DNA from: Octopus vulgaris
Lineage: Eukaryota
DNA: 64,000 nt
Assembly (NCBI GenBank): GCA_951406725.2
Contig: OX597827.1
Location: forward strand, 49,848,001 to 49,912,000
Direction: 5' to 3'
Of the stretch, positions 28,933 through 41,920 are shown piece after piece. Each line of letters begins with the position of its first letter. Position 1 is the first letter of the stretch. The notes beneath the pieces were generated by a model, which was not told where the DNA came from, searched no databases, and saw nothing but the letters and a program-made list of their open reading frames with translations. The position numbers and the translations under genes were made by a program.

Positions 28933-29360
28933 CATAACACATGTAAAACTCAGAAGAGATCTAAGGAAGAATGTTACAATCGAGAAGGTGAATGACAATG
29001 AACTTTTTGTGTGCACAGTTTGTGACAGGTCATGCCTTTCTTTTGCTGGACTCAAATCTCATTTGGGAACCCATGGAAAACGAACCTCTACCAACTATTC
29101 TGCCTATATATCTGTGCACATCTTTGAATGTAGTGTATGCCAGAAGGTTTGCAAATCTAACGGAGGCCTCAAAAGGCATTTTAGGATCCACAAAGATCAG
29201 AACTTCTCTGCAGCTCTTGGTGGTCCAAATCGGATGTGCAATCTATCTGGGTGTCTTTTCAGAACATTGGTTTAAAAAGCCACATCAGATGCTACGATGG
29301 TGCTGAGGTGTCGGTACAGGAGGTAGTCAAACTCAGCATAAGGAGTAGACAGTCACCATA
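28928..29360 (+). mobile_element. RTE-type LINE 3' end with tandem C2H2 zinc fingers
   Basis: CTVCDRSCLSFAGLKSHLGTH, CSVCQKVCKSNGGLKRHFRIH and a third degenerate finger (CNLSGCLFRTL/GLKSHIRC after a frameshift). Short 3' tail ending in (TA)n. Confidence 0.65.
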
Positions 29361-29364
29361 TATA

Positions 29365-30370
29365 TATACTATTTTACTCGTTTCAGCCATGCTGTCGTGA
29401 TCATGCTGGAGCACCACCATGGTCTTTCTGACTACCTCAGTCTGGTTGTTTCACATCATCACTCTTGTATATGACTTTGCCCCTGCTGTTGGTACATTTG
29501 GTGTATAAGTGAGTTTGATTTCGCTGCTCTCGTTCTGTACCTCATGTCGGGTTGTTGGTTCATCCGGTATTGTGGAGAGGATGTCTAGTTCCTTTTTGAA
29601 GACATCTGCTTCCACTTTATGCAAATTTCTTAATTTTTGGTGCAGGGAATTGAAGAGCTGTGGGCCTTTGAAACATAGGCTATTGCAGTACCTGGTCCTG
29701 AATTTAGATGGAGTGGATGGTAGTTTTGGTACAATAAAACGGCGGCCAATTCTTGCATTTGTATAACACTGAATGCCAAAGTTAGGTACTGGTCCTTCTA
29801 GGATTTTCTATGTGTATATTATTGCATATCTCTCACGCCTTCGCTCCAAGGAGTAAAGCTGTAATTTTCTCAGCCTATCCCTATTGCTCATCCACTGCAC
29901 TGCTTCAATCTTTTTTAGTGTAGTGGCATTGGACTGCTTCAAGCTCCGCTGTTAGTTTGGCACCATGTGGTAACCATAACTGGGAGCAGTAGTCCAGGCG
30001 GCTGAAAACAAAGATTCTCCACGGGATCAACATAGTTTCTTGGTCTCTTGACTTGCAGGACCTCAGAATCCATCTTGCCAGTTATCTTCACTTTGCTGCC
30101 ATCGTGCTAATGTGCATATGAAATGACGCGTCATTGCACACACTGATCCCCAAATCTTTCACTGCCTGTGACTATGGGATTCTAGTGCCTTCGAGTCCTA
30201 TGAATGTAGATTATACTGTATTCGAGAGTTGATAGTGCAGTGCTTGAAATTTTCCGGCATTAATCTCCCAGTTTACAAGAGAAATTGCAAGGCCTCGTAG
30301 CTTATGACTTATCATGCCATGATCTACCTTATTAAATGCCTTTGCGAAGTCAATGTATGTCACGCTGAGA
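29365..30370 (-). mobile_element. CR1/L2-superclade LINE, RT to 3' end (degenerate)
   Basis: TYIDFAKAFNKVDHG; VKDLGI; SRLDYCSQLW; LQLYSLERRRERYAIIY; GPQLFNSL..LRNL..DVFKKELD. 3' tail GGTGCTCCAGCATG..GCTGAAACGAGTAAAATAG. Confidence 0.88.
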
Positions 30371-30433
30371 TCTGAATGGTCTAACAGCTGTTTCATCCAT
30401 CCATCCATCCATCCATCCATCCATCCATCCATG

Positions 30434-30533
<100 letters not shown>

Positions 30534-30659
30534 ATTCAAAGAAAGTTCGAGGTTGTGAATCTAACTAAGGGATAGTATATATCCAATATACTGCTGGTAG
30601 AATGCCTAATTAATACACATGTGTTGGTTATTGCGTGGTAATTACCCCACAGAGTATAA

Positions 30660-30925
30660 TAATAATTCCATGTGTCTAACACACGTGGACATGCCTACAA
30701 AGTCAGAAAACAGCACAGCTCCCATGACTTTCGGAAACATTTTTTCACGCTCAGGGTTGCTGAAGCGTGGAATAAACTGCCTGCATCAGTTGTTGACTGC
30801 CATGACACTGCATCCTTTAAGGCCCTCATGCTTCCCGAAATCCGTCGAAACTACACCTGATTATATATACACTTTAGATGAGTTGTAGTGCACCTGAGCA
30901 CTGTACACAATTATTATTATTATTA
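30660..30925 (+). mobile_element. 5'-truncated CR1-type LINE 3' end, nested in a PLE-type repeat
   Basis: NTRGHAYKVRKQHSSHDFRKHFFTLRVAEAWNKLPASVV...FK, with an (ATT)n tail. The flanking host repeat (30530-31250) is related to 26040-26430. Confidence 0.85.
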
Positions 30926-31121
30926 TAATTAGGCGAGGGTAATAAGTGGTTTTACCCTTAATTTATATGGCAAGAAGAAAATGGAGGGAATCCAGAGGTA
31001 GTATTCATCAGCTGTTAGACACTATATTATGGCTATATATTTATTTATTTTAAACAGTTCAGATAATATATAAGTACGTGTAAAGTATTAGTAATTTCTA
31101 GAATAGAGAAAGAAGAGCAGT

Positions 31122-31247
31122 TTCTTACAGCTGTTTCAGCCAAGAGGTCACAATACTCCATATGTTATTTCCATTTTTCCAGTGTATTGTAGTAATCTGT
31201 AGATAAAATTAGGGTATTTGCGTATGCCTCTAGGCTTCGTCGGAGAG
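31122..31247 (-). ncRNA. Hammerhead-like motif, CCGACGA core variant, long stem II
   Basis: UCU-CCGACGA-AGCCUAGAGG...CCUCUUGGCU-GAAA-CAGCUG-UA-AGA, with palindromic stem III. Confidence 0.65.
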
Positions 31248-32254
31248 TTTTATAAGATAGTCCAAGAAGTTCATAGGGCTAATCTATGCATATATAAATA
31301 TATATATAACAAAATGGAGTTGTAGGGTACCGCACGAGTGGAATTATATACGAAAGAAGGTTTGAAAATGCAATTTTAAAAGATGTTTATTTACTTTACC
31401 GGTTTCACTCTTTGGAAAAAACTGTCAAAAGTAACATGTAGAAGTTTGGTTGCGTTAATTATTGGTTGTTACAAAATGCTACATTACATATATACAGTCT
31501 TTGGTAACAAGGACATGTTAAGGACATAAAAAAAGTTTAACAAGTTCCTTAAAATATTGGGCATACATTTACATATATACATACACACCCTTACATACAT
31601 ATGCATACACACATGCGTGTATATATGCATGCACATAGTTATAACAGAATTAGTTATTAGTAGGTGTAGTACAATGTTCTTATTAGAGAATGCATGAAAA
31701 GAGAAAGAGAAATAATATAATCGAAGAAAATAAAGGAGTTTGAGAGAGGTACAGTTTTTTACAACTGAAAATGCACATAAAAAGAGAAATACATATATAT
31801 ACATACAAATACAGATATATATATATATATATATACACGCATGTATATACACACACATATTTCATGCGTTAGGTGAGGTGTATTCCTGCAGTGGTTCGTA
31901 TTGTCTTTGCATACAAATAAATGAATGATATACATATACATAGATATACATACACATATACATAAATGTATGATGTGTCTATAGTTGAGGGCCTGAAATC
32001 ATGGTTCCCGTTATGGGGTGAAAGTTTATATTTAATTTTAGTGTTTTATTTGAGTGGGGGTACCAGCTAATAGGATGTTTATGTTGCGCCATTTTTCATA
32101 TGTTGGTTAGTTCAAGGGAGATAACTCTTTGATTCACCTTTATAAATTGAATAACTTAAAACCATCAGATAGTTAACTAATCAGCCAATTAGCTAATCAA
32201 TCAATTGATTAATCAATCAATTGTGTTTATTGGGGTTGTATATTAATGCTTTCA

Positions 32255-32304
<50 letters not shown>

Positions 32305-32570
32305 GGAGTAAACACATAAATGTGAAACAAGGTGGAAAAAAGAGTATTCAAATACCTATTTCTTTACGACCTACAAGGGGCTAAACACAGAAAGGACAAA
32401 CAAGGACAGACAAACGGATTAGGTCGATTACATCGACCCCAGTGCGAAACTGGTGCTTAATTTATCGACCCCGAAAGGATGAAAGGCAAAGTCGACCTCG
32501 GAAAGAGTATTCAAATACCAGTGGTAGAGTAATATGCTTTATTCAAAAGCAGCAGAAAATTCAACAAAAC

Positions 32571-32608
32571 CTGTTACTCTCAGTTTCACGTTCCCGTTCG
32601 TCGGACAG
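32571..32608 (-). ncRNA. Compact hammerhead-like motif, CCGACGA core variant
   Basis: CUGU-CCGACGA-ACG-GGAA-CGU-GAAA-CUGAGAG-UA-ACAG. Stem I CUGU/ACAG, 3-bp stem II with a GGAA tetraloop, GUA triplet. Confidence 0.7.
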
Positions 32609-32623
32609 TTTTTGCTAGAATTT

Positions 32624-32684
<61 letters not shown>

Positions 32685-32857
32685 GTACACACATACACAA
32701 GTATACACACATACATATACATACAGATATATATATATGCACATACAAATCTATGATTCAGTTTTGGGGATAGTATTTGTGGGTTTTAATTTAATTATTT
32801 AATTATATTATTAAAGATGAACTAGTTTATGTCTATTTATTTAAGATATATTAAATA

Positions 32858-33226
32858 CTAGCAGTATCGCCCGGCGTTGCTCGGGTTTGTAAGGGAAATA
32901 ACTATAAAGCATTTTTAGAGAGTTATAGCCAAAAAATGGAAAAAAATGATGGTAAATTTTTTTTTAGTTAAAAAGGTCGAGTTGCGTCCCCTAGACAGTC
33001 TGTGGTTTGTGTTTCTGATTCTCGACCCCATGCGAATTTATCGATTTTCTTCAGAACTGGAGGAACTTTTCAAAATTTTCGCTGCGTTAGCTTTGAATTA
33101 TGACATTGGGCTATGTGTGTGTCAAGTTTCATCAGAATCGGTTGAAAGCCGTGGTCAGGGTGAGGGTACAACCTAACAGACACACAGAAACACACACAGA
33201 CAAACTGCCGTTTATATATAGAGAGA
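32858..33226 (-). mobile_element. Non-autonomous Helitron (same 3' end, different 5' and internal sequence)
   Basis: A|TC start and identical CCCGAGCAACGCCGGGCGATACTGCTAG|T end. Confidence 0.88.
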
Positions 33227-33349
33227 TGCATACTCACATACGCACACAAGTATACATACACACACATATACATACAGATATATATGCACATACAAATTTA
33301 TGATTCAGTCTTGAGGATAGAACTAAATAATGTTAATACTCTGCATATT

Positions 33350-33752
33350 ACTCTTTACTCTTTTTACTCTTTTACTTGTTTCAGTCATTTGACTGCGGCC
33401 ATGCTGGAGCACCGCCTTTAGTCGAGCAAATCGACCCCAGGACTTATTCTTTGTAAGCCCAGTACTTATTCTATCGATCTCTTTTGCCGAACCGCTAGGT
33501 GACGGGGACGTAAACACACCAGCATCGGTTGTCAAGCGATGTTGGGGGGACAAACACAGACACACACATACATATATATACATATATACGACAGGCTTCT
33601 TTCAGTTTCCGTCTACCAAATCCACTCACAAGGCATTGGTCGGCCCGGAGCTATAGCAGAAGACACTTACCCAAGATGTAACGCAGTGGGACTGAACCCT
33701 GAACCATGTGGTTGGTTAGCAAGCTACTTACCACACAGCCACTCCTGCGCCT
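33350..33752 (-). mobile_element. SINE family A
   Basis: Full-length reverse-complement copy. Other fragments at about 67-178, 16018-16080, 35405-35612, 52995-53140 and 61977-62100. Confidence 0.85.
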
Positions 33753-34039
33753 ATTAGTGGGTTGTAGTTTAACTATTTAATTTTATTATTAAATATGACT
33801 CAAATTGTATCACTACGGAATAGACATTGAAGGTTTGTTTTAAAGAAGAAAAAAATATGAAGGAAAAGGGGGGGGAGAAAAAAGAAGAAAAAGGAAAAAA
33901 TTTCTTTAGAAAAGAAAAAATTGTAAAATTGTTAAGTTAAATGAAACCAACCGAGCGTGGGTCGATTGGCGACATTCCACCTTTCATTATTATGACATTT
34001 ATTCATTTTTTAGTATTTTTGTTATTATTTATTACTCAT

Positions 34040-34792
34040 AAGGCGGCGAGCTGGCAGAAACGTTAGCACGCCGGGCGAAATGCGTAGCCGTATTTCGTCG
34101 TTCGTTACGTTCTGAGTTCAAATTCCGCCGAGGTCGACTTTGCCTTTCATCCTTTCGGGGTCGGTTAAATAAGTACCAGTTACGTACTGGGATCGATATA
34201 ATCGACCTAATCGTTTGTCTGTCCTTGTTTGTCCTCTCTGTGGGTAGTAAAAAAATAGGTATTTCGTCTGCCGTTACGTTCTGAGTTCAAATTCTGCCGA
34301 GGTCGACTTTGCCTTTCATCCTTTAGGGGTCGATTAAATAAGTACCAGTTACGCACTGGGGTCGATACAATCGACCTAATCCGTTTGTCTGTCCTTGTTT
34401 GTCCTCTCTGTATTTAGCCCCTTGTGGGTAGTAAAGAAATAGGTATTTCGTCTGCCGTTACGTTCTGAGTTCAAATTCTGCCGAGGTCGACTTTGCTTTT
34501 CATCCTTTCGGAGTCGATTAAATAAGTACCAGGTACGCACTGGCTCGATATAATCGACTTAATCCGTTTGCCTGTCCTTGTTTGTCCTCTCTGTGTTTAG
34601 CCCCTTGTGGGTAGTAAAGAAATAAGTATTTCGTCTGTCTTAACGTTCTGAGTTCAAATTCTGCCGTGGTCGACTTTGCCTTTCATCCTTTCGGAGTCGA
34701 TTAAATAAGTACCAGTTGCATACTGGGGTCGATCTAATCGACTGACCTCCTCCCCCAAAAGAATTTCGGGCTTAGTGCCTAGAGTAGAAAAT
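34040..34792 (+). mobile_element. Tandem tetramer of SINE family B
   Basis: One head at 34040, then about 180-bp units restarting at GTATTTCGTCTG (about 34259, 34443, 34626). The last unit has a different tail. Confidence 0.88.
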
Positions 34793-34914
34793 ATTACTCA
34801 TCCTCATTTGATTTCCCCACATTCATTGTATTGACTCTCTGTGTTCGCCCCTGGTGGGTCATAAAAAATCAAACCATTTAATAAATTTCCAGCGCAAACA
34901 CTATTCTTTTCATT

Positions 34915-35000
34915 TTCCCTGATGATGGGGGCATTCCTTGGAAGTGAACCATAAGATTCTCATGTACTCTTTGAACGTACTCTAGAAACGATCGCCGGAA
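34915..35000 (+). ncRNA. Hammerhead-like motif with mutated cleavage triplet
   Basis: UUCC-CUGAUGA-UGGGGGCAUUC...GAACGUACUCUA-GAAA-CGAUCG-CC-GGAA. Stem I UUCC/GGAA, palindromic CGAUCG, but GCC instead of GUC. Confidence 0.65.
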
Positions 35001-35355
35001 TACTTTATTTCCTTTAAACATGGTACCTAAAACTCTTTTTAAACATTCATTACTCCCTCCATTTCATAATTTATTTTGAATTTTCATAAGAAGTGACTTT
35101 CTATATTTCATTCTATTTATCTATATTTTTATCTATACTCTGTTATGTTTATATATCTATATATTCATTTGTCCATGCATATTCTTAGCATTCAAATATT
35201 TTTTATATTCCAAATGTATTAATATATGTTTTAGACTGGACAACTCTATCATAATTAATTCCGTATATGTATGTATCAATCGTAGTCTCCTAATTTGAAC
35301 GCCTTCTCTGTATCTCTTATACGTATATATATATATGTGTGTGTGTATGTAAGCG

Positions 35356-35387
<32 letters not shown>

Positions 35388-35610
35388 ATGTTTATATCTC
35401 TCTTTTTACTCTCTCTTACTTGTTTCAATCATTTGACTGCGGCCATGCTTGAGTACTGCCTTCAGTCGCGCCAATTGACCCCAGGACTTATTCTTTGGAA
35501 GCCTAGTACTTATTCTATCGGTCTCTTTTGCCGAACCGTTAAGTTACGGGGACGTAAACACACTATCATTAGTTGTCAACCGATGTTGTGGAGACAAACA
35601 CAGACACACA

Positions 35611-35650
<40 letters not shown>

Positions 35651-36151
35651 ATATAATAATATTAGGGATTAAATCCAAACTTACAGGGAAAAATTAGATT
35701 TAAGATTAAATCAAATTTCACAGTATAAATATAAATTAAATTAGAGATAAAATATAAAATGAGACAAGAACGCAAAACATCCAGATAGACGATACAAAAA
35801 GCCTTTAATCTTCAGTCAAGAACTGGATCATCCTCGTAATTTCGGCTGATTAATCTTGAGATTGCTCCAATCTGGCCAGCCCCGAGGAAAAACTAAGCTA
35901 AGAGCATTAGATTCCTTGAAGAAATGCTTCGAATGTATACAAAATGAGGACGGAAAAACGGATGATGTTACACGAATATAAATACAAAAATAATACAAAA
36001 AACAATAATAATAATAATAATAATAAATATTAATAATAATAATAATTAATTCTTTTATTGGCCACAAGGGCTGACAAAAATTAGTTATAACAAAAAAGGG
36101 ACAAAACAGGACGAAAGGTTACAAAGGGTTTTGTCCGTTTGTAAAAACCGT

Positions 36152-36212
<61 letters not shown>

Positions 36213-36850
36213 TAATAATAATAACAGGACATAACAACAGGCGTCTTTCGACTGGAGACGAATTGAATTCAACTGTCGTGTTGGGAATTATGTCTTACGG
36301 CAGAGGAAACTTATCAGTGTGACAACGACTGTGGCCAAGCGCAAAAAGGCCAGCAGTCGGCCAACGGTCATGTGAGAAGAGAAGAGAGAGAAAAAGAGGA
36401 ACAAAGGAATTAAGGAGGGGGAGAAGAGAGAGAGAGTGTGTAGACGGAAGGATCAGGGAGAGGCGAGAAAATTGGGAGAGACAGGGACAAAGTGAAGTGC
36501 AAAGAAAGAAAGGCAAAGAGATGTGAGAGAGGGGGAGAGAGAGTGTTGAAAAAATCGTACAAAGTTTTAGTGAAATGTGTACTTACATATAAGAGAACAT
36601 AAACGTATGTATGTATACGTGTATGTGTGTGTGTGTGTATGAATGTCTGCCTGTGTGTCTTCGTCTCTCTCATTTCTTTCTCTCTCTCTCTCTCTCTCCC
36701 TCAATTTCTCTATTTTTTCTCTGTTGTAAAACCCTTTTATTCGTATTCGTTTTATCTTTTCATTGATTTTTCTCTTCAGTTCAATACAACAACGATCAAT
36801 AACTGTCATTCAGTACTTTCATTTAAACTTATTTACAAGACAATTAATCG

Positions 36851-37350
36851 TATGTATGTATGTATGTATGTATGTATGTATGTATGTATGTATGTATGTA
36901 TGTGTGTGTGTGTATGTATGTATGTGTGTATGTATGTATGTATGTATGCATGTATGTACGTATGCATGCATGTATGTATGTATGTATGTGTGTGTATGTA
37001 TGTGTGTATGTATGTATGTATGCATGCATGTATGTATGCATGTATGTATGTGTATGTATGTATGCATACATGTATGTATGTATGCATGTTTGTATGTATG
37101 TATGTAGTGTGTATGTATGTGTGTATGTATGTATGCATGTGTGTGTGTATGTATGTATTATGTATGTATGTATGTATGTATGTGTGTATGTATATATATA
37201 TATATATGTATGTATGTATATATGTATGTATATTTGTATGTATGTATGTATGTATGTATGTATGTATGATGTATATATGTATGTATATTTGTATGTATGT
37301 ATGCATGCATGTATGTATGTATAACTATATGCAGATATGTGTAATGTATG
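36851..37350. repeat. Long degenerate (TATG)n microsatellite
   Basis: Direct reading. Similar tracts at 16460-16625, 18622-18793 and 19285-19420. Confidence 0.95.
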
Positions 37351-37851
37351 TAATTAGAGGAATATATACTGCTACATTCATAAAATCATTATGCACTGTT
37401 GCCGTGTTGGTAATCTGTCGGAGATTATGATTTAATAGGTGTTAATCTCTGTAATTCTCTCCAGGATTATAATTTTGACATAATGGGTCGCAGGTCCAAC
37501 ACGAGATAAACTAGTAAAATAATGATTTAGGATGTAGCCACGAGTTCAAGGAGAGAAACAACAAAGGCGATTTTTTTCTCCAGCTTACACACACATATGT
37601 GTAAGTGCACACAGTATACATTCAATACATAAATAGACACATACCCACACACTATAGAGAGAGCGAGGGAGGAGGGGAGAGTAAGAGAAATCAGTCAATC
37701 AAATCTACATCGCCTACGTAATAAGGGAGCATACTCTTGCTATATAACCTATCGTTTGTGAGTGTGGAGGGGTGCGTGCGCGCAAGTTTTGGATAGTCTT
37801 TCCACCATTTTTATTTTTCACCTGTTTTGGTGGGGAGACAAAATAGATTAT

Positions 37852-38255
37852 GGATCTTTTCGGTTTGATCGGCATTTTAAAATAATTGCCATGTAACTAA
37901 ACACTTTTAAACTTCGTATATTGGTAGAATGTATTTATAAAACATCTTTTTCTCTTGGCTTTATTGAGAAAATTCTATAGTTTGTAAGATATTTGTTATT
38001 TTTTTTCTTCAATTTCTGCAATTTCAACCAATCAATGACGTCCATTGAGGTAAAAAAACATTCTGTGCCGTATGAATATGTCCCTCATTTAAGAAACAGA
38101 TTGGGTTTATTTACATTTGTGAAGAAAAAAAGATACCCTTTCCCCCACCCCTAAAACAGATTGAAATGCAATAGATCGATACTAGGGTCATAATTATGGG
38201 TGACAATTTCATATGACACCGCTAGAAAAAACTGCCGTTCAAACCGAAACGATCC
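37852..38255. mobile_element. MITE with 23-bp terminal inverted repeats
   Basis: GGATCTTTTCGGTTTGATCGGCA ... TGCCGTTCAAACCGAAACGATCC (2 mismatches). No coding capacity; TSD not evident. Confidence 0.75.
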
Positions 38256-38819
38256 CCATCTTTCATATTTATACTTGATGAGGATATATATCACCTAACT
38301 GAAATGAATATTCAGACAGGATCATGGCAGAAGTTAGTTTCATAGTTTTCTTTCCTTAGTCTTGCACTTTTTTTATGTAATTATCCATGTATTAATTGGG
38401 TCATTATGTAAGTACATGATCAGGGGAAGAAAACTCATTGAATCTACTCCCTTCATATCCCTATCAGAATGATCATCGAATGAAATTATCTGCATTCACT
38501 CAACACAACCCGTGAAAATCATGGAATCGGAGTGCTTGCTACATTGTGTCACATGCATCATCAACCACTACCAGAATGATGGATGCATATTCATCTGTGT
38601 TATTCAAACTCATGCTCATATGTGTGTGTGTGTGACGGATGTAATATACGCGTTTGCAACATCCCGCCGATATTTTAGGAACAACTTCCTCTTATTCCAT
38701 TTCAGGGTGATACTAGCCACCATTCTCGTCACCTCTCCCCCAACCATCACCACAAATTCTTGTCCACCCGGAAGTTCGGGTGAAATCAGATCCCGAGTAT
38801 TTTAACCAACCCCTCTGTT

Positions 38820-39990
38820 CAGTGCCCCCCACGACACTGTCACGTGGCGTGTACCTGCTTCTCTAACTCCCGAGCCTCAATCCCACCGACTTCTCATTGT
38901 TAATCTTTGCTCCTGTTACTGCTTCGCATTCCGAGTTGTCCAACACTGTTACAGCAACGTCGTCCACATAAGCCGATACGAGTCTTTCGCATGCTAGCTC
39001 ACGCGGAAAGCCCTTCGAAATATCCAACTCTCTGATGTACTGCGAGAGATGGAGATTGTCGTAGATAGATCCGTTTAGGATAGCGCATACCTGTGCGTCA
39101 CCAACCAGTTTATTGACTACAAACACCTTAGTCAAAATCTTGTAATCTGCGTTTAGCAGAGTTACAGACCTAAAATTATCTATTTCGTACACCCTGACCG
39201 AATCCTTTCTCAGCAGCACCACCAAGCCATGTCTCACAGCACTAGGAATCCTCCTGTTCAACTGGCAGATGTAGGAGACATCTGCCAAGAGACACCGAAC
39301 AAATCTGGCATATGAAGATTAAAGTTCGAAGGACAGGCCATTCAAACCCGGAAGCTTCTCCCTTGTGCAGCTAGTCATCGCGTCCCGTATATCTCCGGTT
39401 GTAATCAGTAATTTGCAGATCTCTGTATCCCTGGCCGAAATGTACGGCATGCAGTCAAGTTAGTGGATGAAATCTACTCTCGTCTCCGAACAGTCGGTAA
39501 AATGCTGCTGAAGTTCCGTACACGTCTGCTTGGATTCGAGTAGCAAGAGCCTATTCCAGGCCGTCCAAAACCGAATTGTAGCTTTGTTGCCACGTTGCGC
39601 TGCTGCCACCTGGCCCCATCGAAAGGCTTTCGTCAGTTCATGACTTACAGCACGCATCCCTAGCTCTGACGACGCAGCCTTCGTGCTTGGCACTGAAGAT
39701 ATTGATCAAGAGCCAATCTTGCCACCAGTACATCAGTCGCTAAGTCACTTCTAAATCCCCCCCTTCTTGCTTCCTAATTAGGTCTCCCTGTAAAGCTATT
39801 TCATTGCTAAACCCTCTACACTGATAGCCTTTTTCAGGGCTATCCACAATCAATTGTTGACGATTGCATCCGACAACTTCCGGTCTCTGAAAACTTGATG
39901 CACTGGGAAAGCGTGTCCAGCTTCCTGTATCCAGGATGCAGCCTATGGATCACATACAGGTCGACAGTACAGATCGCAAGTTTACGGTCT
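38820..39990 (-). mobile_element. Tx1/L1-type LINE ORF2 RT fragment (degenerate)
   Basis: PGLNGL; GLVVLLRK..IDNFRSVTLLNADYKILTKV; QVCAILNGSIYDNLHL; SAYVDDVAV; TGAKINNEKSVGLRLGS. Confidence 0.85.
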
Positions 39991-40416
39991 GTGTACAATA
40001 GTGGTTAAGAGGTGATTCCACACTCCTCAAACCCTGAAACTAGAGCCCCATTACCGGATGTAGTTTATAGTCATGCCCAGGTGTCATCATAATTTTAAAT
40101 AATAAATTAGCTTTTCTTTGAATATTATATTTCTTCTTAACGTTCTTTTTGTATGCGTTCATGTATTATAGATATTATTTCAGTTCACTTTAGATTTAAC
40201 CTGCTTTGGGTGACTTGATAACATTATGCTAATAAAAATTTTTTGGCTTGACTGGTATTTTGTACTTTTTTTTCTATATCTAAATAAACTAGCACAACAG
40301 AAATGATCGTCAGTAATGTATGTGGTATAATCATCAATCAAAAATGTGATTTTCTCCATTCTTGTTCACATTATATATATATATATAGAGAGAGAGATAA
40401 ATATAGATAGCTAGAC

Positions 40417-40448
<32 letters not shown>

Positions 40449-41920
40449 TGTTGCCACTCAAACATGGCTGTTCCGCAAGAACCGACCTTATTGGTACTTT
40501 TAACCCAGGAGGATGAGTATCCTCGGTGGTGGATACTCATGTGCTAGAGATAGCAGTAGTTCACTCCAGCTCGTAATATATAGAAATCAAGTGACACAAC
40601 CACTGATCTTGCAACAAGCAAATTAACTACTTGGAAAATCTCTATAACTATACTGAGAAGTAATGTTTATTGCCACTTAAACATTGAAAATTGCATTAAA
40701 CCAACCAAATAATTTCATTACTTAGCCACAAATCTAATCACCCAGATCATATAGTGCGAAGCATGTATAACAAAATATCTAGACTGGATGACAATAGCGG
40801 CTGTACATGCTGACCTGAATACTTCTGAATTCATTGAGGAGGGGCCTAACAAAAGAACCATACTACCCATCCTGGCAAAATAAGTCCAACATTATCACAC
40901 ATACTTCCATCTCCTTATAACTACCTCTCCTTCCATCACCTATTTCTTTATTACCCACAAGGGGCTAAGGATAGAGGGGACAAACAAGGATAGACATAGG
41001 TATTAAGTCGATTACATCGACCCCAGTGCGTAACGGGTATTTAATTTATTGACCCCGAAAGGATGAAAGGCAAAGTCGACCTTGGCGGAATTTGAACTCA
41101 CAACGTAACCACTTTCTCACCAAATACGCACAGTAATCCCTACATACTCTAACCAACCTTCTCATTGGTCAAAATTAGTAAACGACCCTCAGTTAAACAT
41201 CCATTAATGCTCTATGACTGGAAGAAATGAATGCATGAACATGATCTACCCGATGTTCATAGATACTATGGACTGCACGGTAATTATCCTAGGAATATGG
41301 ACTATGATCTTAAAAAACATGTGATTAGTGGAAATGCGCGAAGCAATGCATTAAAATATTTATAAATTCCATCCAAGGATTATTACTATATATATATATA
41401 TATATATGTTACTATATATATATGTATGTATTACATGGGAAAATGCAGGCAAGAGAAATAATATTCTTAAGATTATAAAAATGGAAAATTACAGGACCAG
41501 TTATTACATCTCATAAAGTACAGAACAAGAACATTTTTACTTAAAATATTGCAGCTTAGGATAAAATTTCAAATAAAATATTTAGATGCAGTAGGTGAGA
41601 GAAACTAGGTGAAGGAAGGAAAAGGAATGAGATCTAAAAAGAAGAGAACCTGGTGGGGGTAAGGTGGAGGGGGAAAATTAAAGTGACAGCAGAGCTAAAA
41701 AAATATGCCTGGGATTATTGTTTTAGGAAGGGGTAGAAAATGTTCATTGAAACCAGTCAGTGCCAAGGCTCTGAATTTAGAAACGGAATGTTGTTCTGTT
41801 TCCTTAGGAACAAGTATCTATGGTGTGCAGAAAGGCTGGACACTAATACATGGGTAATGGAGAGGTCCACTGGAATCAGTATCTGGCGACGTGTTGACCT
41901 GGCATATGTTAAAGTATATT

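Noticed and set aside
34259-34792. CRISPR-like regular repeats (also 17150-18510 and 50800-52200)
   Set aside because: Units are about 180-250-bp SINE copies without unique spacers, in a eukaryotic context with no cas genes.
35810-35890. UCCUC..GGCUG/CAGCC-GAAA..GAGGA hammerhead-like skeleton (minus)
   Set aside because: There is no CUGANGA between stem I and stem II and no proper UH triplet. It is at best a remnant and was not counted.
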